In this document: piece after piece, positions 22,931-34,800 of the stretch
Position numbering within the stretch: position 1 is the stretch's first letter
Layout: each line of letters opens with the position of its first letter
Assembly: GCA_976551045.1 (NCBI GenBank)
Contig: CDPCPM010000120.1
Span: 7,440,001-7,504,000, forward strand
Length of the DNA stretch: 64,000 nt
Origin: Glaucostegus cemiculus
Lineage: Eukaryota
Reading direction: 5' to 3'
Program-made: the position numbers and the translations under genes
The notes under the pieces: model-generated
Told to the model about the DNA's origin: nothing
The model's input: only the letters and a program-made list of their open reading frames with translations
Database searches by the model: none

Positions 22931-25900
22931 AAGAGTTTACACCATCCAAGTGACCTTTACCGAAAGTTGATCATATCAGTTAATATTTCGATGATCACAG
23001 CTGTGCAACTGTATTTCTGTCACAATGCATTTCGGTTCCTATAAGGATCAGGATATACACATGGTGTTTTTTTTTAACTAAAGACGTTTTTAAGATGGTT
23101 TATGGTTAATTGGCTGTGTAAATTACTTGCGTACACAACGATTTATTGGATGAGACTCAAGATCGCATTTTTTCTATCACAATTATAATGCTGCTATAAT
23201 CTAGTGACATAATGTTGTTAGGTGTATAAACAGATCAATGTCACCTAATATAAAAGCGTGTATTTAAAGTGTAAACAACTGTAAGGTAAAGTTTGTTACA
23301 AAAATATTGCTACGTCATGTGATCTGCGGAGCATATCAAAACGTATTAGTGCTGGAGATTGGATACGAATTAACCAATGTTTCCTTAGCCATTTCGAATT
23401 AATAACTTTACAAACTGGAGGAAGAGCAGCAGAAATAACTTTCCCTTTGCCATGAATGCAGAAATTATTCTAACAATACAACGATTTCCATCACTCGTGG
23501 CCGTCTCACAGAATAAGAGGATGTTATTGGAATTAAAAATTAAAAAAAAAGCCAGAACACCCCGCAATCAGTTTTATTAAAGGGCTAAACCATTCTGATA
23601 TGACGGCATGCATTGCGCTTAATGTCCCGCAGTCTGTGGGTGCAAACTGCAAAGAATGCAAACTTCTTTTCAGTCTGGGGTCATTTAGTGTTTGTTATCA
23701 GTATTCTCTTGATAAATTCATAAAGCATATTTTCATAAAGCAGTTGCATGATTAAAACAATATATCATGTATAATACAAGCTCCCCACTCCGGTCTCTAG
23801 AATGCATAAGGAGAGTATTGCGAAGCGGCATCGAAAATACAAATTATCAGTTGTATAAAAGGAAGGGTTTAAAACGGCCAATGTCAATGACGCTGTTTCT
23901 CAAGTTCAACGTCATGGACATGCCTAAGGCTCAGGCAGGAACTTATTTGCTTTCTGGAATTCATAATTTATTTATTGAATTCATAGTTTATCTTTATGCT
24001 TGAAAACTTAATTTAACACGAACATGACTACATTTCCAAGGCTCTATGTGTGTTTAAAATCGAAATGGTACGCGCTAGAATTATCGGCGATTGTGAGTTT
24101 GATTATTTCTGCAAATACCAGGAATCTAAATCAACTGGTTCACGATTGTGACTGTACCAAATTAGCACAAAACCTTTCTAAACGCTCAATTTAGATCATA
24201 TATCCGGAAAGAAATGTACTTGTAACTCGGCATGTGTCTTTAACCCTGCATTATATTTTTGAGACAAATCAAATTTCTTGAAGAGCCCAGCTGCTGAGAA
24301 CATATTAGAAAACAAAACACAACCTAAGAAACAAATATTTTCCATTAAAATAGTTACATTAATCTATGATCTATGCTATTTCAAACGCGACCAAAGATCC
24401 GTTTTCAATAGGGCATGCGTTATTTGTCACTTCTAGTTTTCGTGATTAAATTAATGGTCTGCACCAAACCTAGTTCCCAAATTCCACGCACTGAGTTGTA
24501 ACTCATGGAGTTAAAAACGGAAACGTCTTCCGTTTTCCAGCTCTAATAATTTCTATTGTAAGAATGTGATTTGAACGGGTTATTTAATGCTTCTCAACCA
24601 AATGTTCCATGTGCTGAACAGATCACATTGAACACATTAGTTTTATTTCTGTCTTTTATGCATGTCGATTTTGTTTTAAAATCTGTATGGGACATTTTTC
24701 AGCAAATTATTTCAGTTTGTTATTGATTCTAGCAGTAAATTGAAAAGAAATTAGGATATGCTTCAATTTACTGTCTTTGTAAAGAAAGTTTCCTGAAATT
24801 AAGTTTTGTGGAATTTTTGAATAAGATTAAACTAACTTCGAATAATTGGACTGATCGTTATTCTATGGATGTTGCACATATAATTACAACTTGTTGTTAC
24901 TAGAAATCTCCACAAAAACTTAGTCATGTTTAAAATATTGCAATCACATAGCACCGAAAGAAAATAGCACTGAAGTGCACATACCTAAATTTTTTCACAA
25001 TACAATTTAGTTGCATTGTTTTTATAACTGAATGTGTACAGAGAGAAAAAAAAACCCACACAGATGGGAAAAATAGTCCAGAGAATATGAGCCAACAGCT
25101 CACAAAGCGAGAACAAAAACGTATTAATTGCAAATATACAAATACCGGAATATGCATGCAGTTGAAAGCTTTGCTATGTAATCTCATACGGAGTAAATTA
25201 GTTTTTATGATACACAATTGAAAGAACGCCAGTAATTTAGAACAAATGTTTTATTTTTATTATATGCTTATATGGAGCAGGATTTTTTTTCATAGATAAG
25301 AATAACCTAATTCTTACACAAAATTAAGAAATATATATAATTTGATAAATAATGAAGATATTATTTCTAAAATATATATTTCTAAAACTGAGAACGCACT
25401 TTATCGCATACGTTGTTCAATTTGTTCAGATATCTTTTTAAATTTGTTTATCTATGTTACGAAGCGCAAAATAGATAAAACTACCAGCCAATAACACTGA
25501 ATTAAAAGAACCGTGATAAAAAAAAATCGTGGAGTCACCCTTTTCATCAGAATGCCGTTTCAAGTAAGAGCTAGAGAATATGATTTCCGGAAAATCTTGC
25601 AATTTCATAAAATTTTCAATATCGCAACGGAGTAGAATTGGATGATTAGTATTCGGTAAATGGTACATAAATACTTGGGATATCCAGATTATAATGCTAT
25701 GTAAATTTGAGTTATGTCCACCTCTCCCCACTGCCCCAAATGATTATTTTGATTTTCGTTTCAAATATATGAAAGTACAAAGTAATTGCGGGAATGAGGG
25801 ATCGCGCTTCAGCAAACTTTCCATGATTTGTTGGAATCTTCTCTTCCCAAAGGACAGTCCTACTATTAAATGACACTGTATTAACATGCTAGCATCGGAC

Positions 25901-28900
25901 ATTCGATGCTTACTTTTTATTGCTGTTTGCAAATAAATGACGTTTATAAATAATTTCTAAATGATAAAGTCGTTGGAACTATTGAGCCACATGCTCCCAT
26001 GAACAACTGTTACTTCCTCCCGCCATCATCAGCGTCAATTGTTTCTGTTATTTTCCCTCTTTATTGAATATTTAATTCGTTTTTCTTAAACTATCTCATT
26101 CTCTAATTGAAAATTATCTCTACCGTTAATTTTGTTCTCAAACCACAGAGCTGGCTTGTTTCCAACGCGACGTTTGAGTTGAAAGAAACCCTGTTGGGAT
26201 CTGGCGCCACCTCCTGATTACAGCTGGCAGGTAAGGGAGAAGAAATAACCATTCTATATGAGCATCCATCGTAATAAGGTCTGAAGTCTTCCAACTGAAG
26301 TCATCTTACAATCTTGTCAAATGATTTACAACGTTCACCAGGGCTATTTATCAATTTCGCAAACCATATCAAAACTACTGCTAATCGGTACCAGATAGGA
26401 ATTGTATGGCTATTGCTCGCAAAGCAGTGAACTATCAACTATTCTTAATATTCTTTAAAATACATATTATTAGATTAAATAGAAGAATGAAGAAAATAAT
26501 TATAAAAGATAGTTTGCGTTCTAACGAGGAACGCTCATTTCTACCTGAGACAAAGTTCTCTAGTGTCTAGTCTACGTTTATTGTTCAAATGTTCTCTTCC
26601 GTAACGGAATGACACGACGAAGCCACAGTTTATCATAATTGCTACACTGTAATTTAATTTTGCATTTTCAACAACAATTTGCATTTTATTTATTGAATTG
26701 AAAACAAAGCAAAGAAGCTGCGCATCTAAAATTATATTTCGAAAATTCTGGCCATGCATTTAGCTTGGCGTGTCAGTTTACCCAAATCTCGATGTATGTG
26801 ACGAATCTCGATAAGCGTGATTTGTTGTCGTTAACAACATAATCTATAAAAAGTTGCAGCGCGTAATTAATTTGCATTCACCAAAGCAGAAAAAAATATT
26901 CTTTCTTCCTCCACACCGTATTCCGATGTGTATTCTTGTGAAAATGCAGGCACCATTGTAATTCAGGGATGTGGTAATATAATCACCTTCGTTCGCAATA
27001 AGTTTGAAAATCGTGTTTATCGTAAAATTAGATTGATATTTAAACTTAAATCGCACGGTTAAATTATTTCGATCTAGCAATTGTTAATTAATATGAAGCT
27101 GTGGAACGAGATGCAATCTGGATACAAGCAACAATATATTCAGCTCTGTGCTGTGCAGGTGATTGTACGGAGACAAACGTAACGCTATTTTATTGAAGTA
27201 TAAGCACGTTTGTTTTAAGTCTTTTTGTTAAGGGTTGGAATCTGGTTTTGCGTCTATTTATCAGCTGGCGGGAAAACATCACAGAAGCACAGCAGAAAGC
27301 ATTTTCTGCAATGTCCCTTTAGCTTATGCACAATAACACAATGGTTTTTTTTTAGAGGTTCATATTTTGGTATCCTCAGTATTCCCTCTCAGTAAGATGT
27401 GGGGTAATTGGTACAATATACTTATGGTTATAAAAGACGTTAAGAATACGCGCACACTTTTAACATGTTCCCATTTCCTTCTTACGAAAATACTTACACT
27501 GATATGTGTGCGCTGCGTGTTTTCTCATCGCTTACCTACTTTGGAACGCTACATGTCGATGAAATATGAAAAATTATTGTTTTTTAAAGTGATGAGTTCG
27601 CAATGTTATGCCTGGTGGTTTTGATTTTAAAACGGCCAACGGAGACATTTATCGCCCACTGCAAACTATTTCAAACACGTTTTAAGCCTTTCCATATGTT
27701 CGTTTTTTTAAAAAAAAATCCACGTCTTGACAGTATTGTAAATCGTTCTCTATTTTCTGTTGTTTGAGGGAGACTATTCAATTTTTGTTTTCGACGTTGT
27801 TGATAGATTATTCGTTTGCATTCCGATTGATTACGTGTACTCATGTCTTCACTATCAGTTTATTTACTCAGAGAGAAAAATAGCACGCGTTTAAAGCATA
27901 GTCCATTTTTCTGTGCAGTCGCTTTCAGACTGATGCTCATAGTAAAGGACCCATAAGGACGACACCTGAATGACATTGTCTGTTGCAACTATGCAGCGTT
28001 CTGCTACTGCTGTTAGATTGTGCATGAATTCAAACTTGATGGCTGTTCTGTTTCATGTTTAAAAACTTGATGCCTGCCTGTTCATGTTTAAAAACTCCAC
28101 CAAAGTTTATAAACAGCACAAAAGCGCCACAGGATGCAATATCCATTTTTGTTAATGTGCGTTCGAAGCTCGGTAAAATGCGCAGTGTTTAGCTGGTGAT
28201 ATGCAATGGCCACAGAAACCTGCATTCAGAATTGCACACGGCAATCGAAGTGAAATCTATATTGAAGAGAAGTTTCTTCCTATTTTTATAAATAAATAAT
28301 TTCCATTTATTTGGCGCATTTCATATTTTCCTGCGATCCTCGGCACTTAACAGCATTGAATTGGTTACAGTCAATTTCTGCAGAAAACTCAAAAACAACG
28401 GTGAACTGAACGGACGGATACTATCATTCGTGCTGTTGATTGAGAGATGACTATTGACCAGAATTATATTAAATGTCTTTAAAGACCATGCCCGTCTTTC
28501 AAGAAATGCCATACTATCTTTTGGTCGAAATATGCAGCGCGGCCTCATTTTAATCTCGTACCTAGAAGGAGGCATGTCTGGCTCAGTGCTGCAGTCAATG
28601 CTATTCTCTATTAAGATTTCAAGTCCTGAAACTTGAAGACACAACTTTCTGACACAAAGCTGAGAGAGCGAGCCCTGAGCCAAAGCTGACAATGAGCTAT
28701 CTTTTCCTGAATTGATGTTTTTGTTAAGCTTTGAAAGTCATATCCTGCTTTGTAAGTGTGTTAGGATTCTCGCAGGTTAGTTCGCCATCTGTTCGCTTGT
28801 ATAATTGAACACACAAGTTAGATAATTAAATCTTCAACCAACGTTAAGTGTTTTGGAGTGTTGATGTAATTTAAACAAATCTCTGGGTACCACTTGATGT

Positions 28901-30454
28901 ATGCTTGGTAAGTACTGAAGCTGTTATACATCATTTTAAATTGTGTTTATGTATTTTAATCACAAAGCTAATAAATACGCTACCTAAATCTCTCCAATAC
29001 TTTTAAAACTAATAAAAAAGGAAAAAGAAACACAGTCACAATTTACTAATGCTGAATCATAGTTTTGATGAAGTAATTGATTATAATGCAAAATGCATGT
29101 TCTGTGACAAATGAGTTTGCTGATCATACAAATTAGGGTGAGTAGTCTGGACAGAAAAATATTACAAAATATATTCAATAGATTCCTCATACAACTGGCC
29201 AGATGCAAAATGTATTGTGCAATGTTAAAATGTTGAGCAGTAGCTTTAACAATTGAATTGAATTAGTGGAAGGAGATTGAAAAGCCAGACTGATTAAAGC
29301 ATAAACAAACCAGACCATTGCCCAACCCCTGCCAGGATTCCCTTAGGTCATTTGAATGTTGTGATGCAATTTGCTTTGTTACTAATATGTAACATAATAG
29401 AGGCATGTTCATTTATGCATTGTCTTACATATTTGTATTTTATGGATGGAAAGAGCCCCAATTATTTCTGATCCCTAAAACCCTAAGAATGTCAAACCTG
29501 TTTCATGCCAAAAATAGGTCTGGGAGTAATGTTAGACAGGTCAAACAAGAAAATATGGGGAAGCAATTAAAATCAAGTTCTCTAATTATATGTTAGCATT
29601 ACTGTTGCCAGAACAGTAGAATATAGAAGTGCCATTATATGAACAGTTTCACAATGATGCATATTATTTGAAAACATGAATTATTTGGGAGTCTGGAGCC
29701 AATCTCAAGCACAGTAAAGTTAGAAATTCTGAGGCCGCCAACGTTAAGAGTGCTTGGATTCTGTACAGTGCATAAAATATCTCCATCAGAATGCCAAGCC
29801 ACATTTTAAAAGTCCCTAGATGGTCTCTTTGTTTGACTCGTTAACTGTACTGCCCTTTTTGTATCCCCACATCTAGTGAATTTATAATTTTCCATCACAA
29901 AACTGGCAGAATAACAGCAGCGCAGACACAAGATTCAAATTGTGCAGTAAGCCTCTATAATTCAGCCATTCCCATTCAACTGACTACTGACATGTTGAGA
30001 ACTGGACCAACAACAAAGCTCTTTACGTATAATGCAAGGCTCCATTCCTCAAATGGCTTTTATTTTAATATTACCCAGAGCCTGCTTCACTTTAATGTTA
30101 AAAAGAGCGAAACCATACTTTTATACAATTGTTAGAAGGCCCTATGGAACTCCTGGACACTTCTGAAATATAACTGCACCTGGCTGGAATCTTGGAGGTC
30201 ATCTGCTTTTCCCGGCACCGGGCACAGATCTCTGAAATGATTCCTCAGAAACGATTAACACTCCTGTTTGATTTATTGCCCCCAAAGCTGGTAATCAAAA
30301 TGTAATTTTGATTACCTTGCATGGGTTAAAATTCTATTCCAATATCCCAACAAGTTAAAGGTCTTGTTGACTTATGAAAACCTCGAATTAACACACACCT
30401 CCCAAATGTTTTAAGATGCGATTTTGTGATTGGAGTTAAATTAGGATAAAAAAA

Positions 30455-30582
30455 GTACAAAAGCAAAATATTCTGATGCTGAAAATCTGAAGTGAAACCC
30501 GAAAACACTGGAAATGTCTACCAGATCAGGCAGGATCTGCGGAGAGAAATACATCTCAGGTCAGTGACCTGCCATCAGAGCC
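30455..30582 (-). mobile_element. Solo Penelope-like terminal repeat, degenerate hammerhead motif
   Basis: Minus strand: CTGATGG-c-AGGTC-act-GACCT-GAGA, followed by the family tail (tttctctccgcagatcctgcctgatctg...ttcagattttcagcatcag). Confidence 0.65.
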
Positions 30583-31544
30583 GAATGCGCCACGTGCCAC
30601 AGGGGAAATGGAATAAATCTCCCCTCCCAGCCACTTCTCCTGCAGACCCGTACCAAGGCATTTACCCAGGGAGTTGCCAATGACTTCTTCCCTGGATGAG
30701 CAGCAGCAGCTGTCACTCCTCACGCCTCTGTACCTCACCCCTGGCACCCAAACGCCCTGCTCCCACCCTGTGCCCTAAAACCACACTTTACAGAATGAGC
30801 ATTTAATGGGGACAGGGGAATGCTTCTGGATGAGGCTTGCCAAAACCAACAACTGTATTGTCTTCAGCCAACAGTGAACTTAATTTTCGACACTGGCAGA
30901 TATTGTGAGAATTTAATTACAACCCATGTTATTTCCCCCTTCCTTGGTGATATACACATTACAGTCTGGAAATTGCTCAACGCTGGTATTGTTTTGGTGT
31001 GCAGACTGCGTTTTTGAGTCACTCTAATGCTGTTTGTGGAAGTCACAAGTTTTGCTGTATAACTCTGAGTTGAAGCTGGCATTGTCGGTTTCAGATGGAT
31101 GTTCCCAATGATGTCTTGCAAGCTCCAGTTTCTGAAGCAATGCAGCACAGCAGGTGTGATTCTGGCAGTCAGTTCTCAAAAGGATACACCACTATTCAAG
31201 CAACACTCTTCCAGCTACCATGCAATGTTGCCAAGGAATTATTGGGAATGGAGGGGGAAGGATTTGGGGTGGGGTGGGTTGGGGGAGTGAGTGGGGGCAG
31301 TTCTTCCTGGGATCCAGAGACCTGCATAGGCTGGTGAAGAGCAGTGCTCACAGTAAGCATTGTTTTTTGTGCATAGGGCGATTGAGATCTTCTAGAACTA
31401 CAGTCAGACACTATCAACAGGAAGTTGCCAGGGAGCTCCCTGCAGATGCATGAGTACAGTACATGAATGAAGAAGCCTGTGTTGCTGGTGAATGCCTGCG
31501 TCCATTACATCTTCTTCCCGAGGTTAAAAGAAGTCTCTTTTCCT

Positions 31545-31845
31545 TGTTTCTACCCCACTGTGATAAGATTATTGAATGGTTCCCTTATGTGATGAGATGG
31601 ACTCTGACCTCACAAGCTACCTTTTTGTGACCTTGCACCTTATTGTCTACCTGAACTGCACTTTCTCTGTAGCTGTGACACTTTACTCTGTACTGTTATT
31701 GTTTTTACCTGTACTACCTCAGTGCATTCTGTACTAGCGCAATGTAACTGCACTGTGTAATGAATTTACTTGTACAATCGGTATGCAAGACAAGTTTTTC
31801 ACTGTTCCTCAGTACAAGTCACAACATTAAACCAATACCAATACC
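31545..31845 (+). mobile_element. Rex1/Babar-type 3' UTR copy
   Basis: Similar to 5030-5310: gatggactct...ccttgcacctt...ctgcactttctctgtagc...ttttcactgt...ctcagtaca...taaaccaataccaatacc. Confidence 0.75.
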
Positions 31846-34800
31846 GGTATGTAGTCTGAGCAATCTCCTCAATGGATCAAACTGGAATGATCAAGGCTAG
31901 GAAGCTGAGAGTCCCAGGAACCCTGACTTCCATGGACAAGGCAGTTAAGACAAATGTTTGAGACTGTTGGTGGTCAGTGAGGGCAAAGAATGCAGTTCCT
32001 TTAAGTAGCAGAGTTTCTGGTGAAATCATGATGGGAAAAGTTGGTTCTGTGAGTAAATGAAAACTGTTGTTTTTTTTCAGCTTGAAAATCTTGGAGCTGA
32101 TGAACATTGTGCGTTTGGAGGTGTTTTGTGAGGGAAGGACTGGGGAAAATGAAACTCTTGGTGAAATATTTCTCAATGGGTGCAATGGGGCCAGAAACGT
32201 GTGCAGCATTGGTCTACTCCAGGGTAACTGATTTTCAGCTGCATAATTTTGGGAATTATGTGAACAAATTTCTAGCCTTTTGTACTTAACATGAGACTGA
32301 ATAGAAGCAACATCTGTGCATTTTCAGTCAATTGGGGAAATCGGCTGACACTTGGGACAATACTAGCTGAGCGTATTAAAGATGATGTCATACTATCCTA
32401 TTCTTTGATGTTTACAATTATTGCTTTGTGGACTGCATGTTTGGTCATTTTAGAAGTTTTTGGTTTGCGATAGTATTTAAAACTGATACTACAATTCATT
32501 AGTAAAATTACTTTATTAAAATGCTGAAAACCCAAGAAGGGTTTGCGGAATAAGTATTGCAAAACAAATTTGTGCCTTAGGATTTGAACTGTAATAAAAT
32601 GAATGCAAGGAAGTTTCCAACGAAACAGAGGATAAGTGGCATAGTTCAGTGTTGTATTGACAAATCAAATCATCTTGAAAAGTCAGTGTGTGGTTTTATT
32701 ACCAGACATTGTGAATTTTCAAGTTTTGTCATAGTATTGTACTCATAAATACTTGTATAGAATTTTTAATATTTTCATACAGAGGAAGCTACAATAAATT
32801 ATTAGTAACAAAAAATCAAATTTTTGACTTTGATAAATTAATTCTGCTTCAGACTTCATTTACAACTTCTCTTGTATTTTTCCAATTATTTATTAAAAAA
32901 TATTAACCATTACAGTTAAAAAAAGTACGTAATTTAATTCTAGGTATTTATTATGATGTGTATTTTTCTTGTGAAACTGAATCTCACTTTGTTTAGTTTT
33001 AATACCATGTTGATGATTTTATAATGAACATAAACAGGATATACTAGTTTTGATATTCTTTCTACTTAAAAGAAAAGTCCCACCATGCAGTGTCAAGTTT
33101 CTATAAAGCAGTTTTTGAGTATGTTCTCCATTTTCACAAATTTCAGTGAGTGATTTTCATCCAGCCTAATACAGATACTTTTACACATGTTTATGGTTAA
33201 GGCTTTAGCATTTTTTCACACGTGTGTTTTCTGTTGATGAAAAGTTAGATTTCCTGACTGGAAGTAATTTTCAGTTATGAAAGTTTGATAAAAATCATGT
33301 TCCTCACTAAAAGTTTGTTATTTACTAAACAGAAACCATGTTTCTATCTCATATGAAAGCAACGTAATGGGAAAGTTAAAGAAATATTGTTTCTTGCTTC
33401 TACAAAATAGCTTCAGTATCTAATAGTCAAATGGTTGAACAACAGAATTATTCATTGATCTGCTTTTCATGGTTCAGCTTGGAGGCTAAACACTAAACAG
33501 ATAGTTCTTGCAATAAAGATGAAAATGGAAGAAATCCTTGGATCATGATTCAGATTAGGTAATTCCAGGATTGGCAATGGAAGAAAATCTGATGTGTGCT
33601 GTAAGAAGTCATATCCACAATGTGATTGTTCATTATGTGTTGCTTGTGCATTTATGCATCACTTTACTGAAATAAATTCTTTACAGTGGTGTGAAGAAAA
33701 CTGGTAAAAAAAATTCTCAAAGTTTGGACAAGAAAGTAAGTTTTAAGGAAGAATGTAAAGTTGAAAGGGGTTCTTCGGGGAATGGGATCTGGGATCTGAG
33801 GGCATAGCTTCACATCCCCCATACTCTCCAACCCCAACTCTCCCTGAACTCCAACTCCAGCAGCTTGTGGACATCTCCCTCTTGAACACTATGATGATGA
33901 AACATCTTGCACTTATTAGAGGTGAGGATGGAGAGGCAAGAGGGATACTACTTATATGCCAATACTCCACAGCAGAACTATTTATCAGTGCAAAGATGAA
34001 ATAAATGTTAATTGCTCAAGTGCAGCATGAGGATTTTCATATTTATTTAGAGCTCAGATTTCCATTATTAGCAGTCCATTATTTTCAGCTAATGCATGTA
34101 ATTGCTCTCTATTTCCTGCAACATATATCTTAATAATGCTCAAAGTAAATTGTTTCTTTGTTTTGTGCCACACAAAGTTTTCATTGCTAAATTTTTTCTG
34201 TAAAATTGAGATCAGTGCTTAAAACTTTAAGCATTAATTTGACTACACATATATTCACGGGACAATCCTAATAATTGTTATACTGGTTAGATTTGCTTCA
34301 TAGCTGAGAGAGTGAAAGGAGGAGTTTTGCAACAAAAATGTCCAAAAAACGCTTTTTGAATGACTAATCTGTTGCCACGTATTCAGGGAAAATACCCTGA
34401 TGAATTATTGCTTCAGAATGTGATGCCATTCAAAGTACACCACAAGCTTAAGCAGCACATTAGGCATTGTGCACAATATGCATGCAAAGAGTGAAAATCA
34501 AACAGACCACCAGAAGAAACACTGCAGGATACTTCAGACATTTAAACAAAATGACTAAGTAAGTTTATCTGGTGAAATAATCAGCAAGCTTGCAAATATT
34601 ACATTTGGTCTGCTCAGCCAACGCTTGACTATGGATAGTGACCAGCTGATCTTGGCAGCACCCTGCTAGTCACAGCCTTACAACTCCCTCCTCCACCCCA
34701 CCCCTCAGATTCTTTTATTCCCACTCTTTGCTTTCAGTCTTTTAACCATTTCTCAACCCACCCAGTATATCAGCCCCAATACCATGCACTCTAATCTTAT

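Noticed and set aside
28030-28100. Short tandem duplication (aaacttgatg...ttcatgtttaaaaact x2) and the aaacttcattt x3 cluster at about 62450-62510 as CRISPR-like arrays
   Set aside because: Only 2-3 degenerate units without unique regular spacers, in vertebrate DNA with no cas genes; ordinary slippage duplications.
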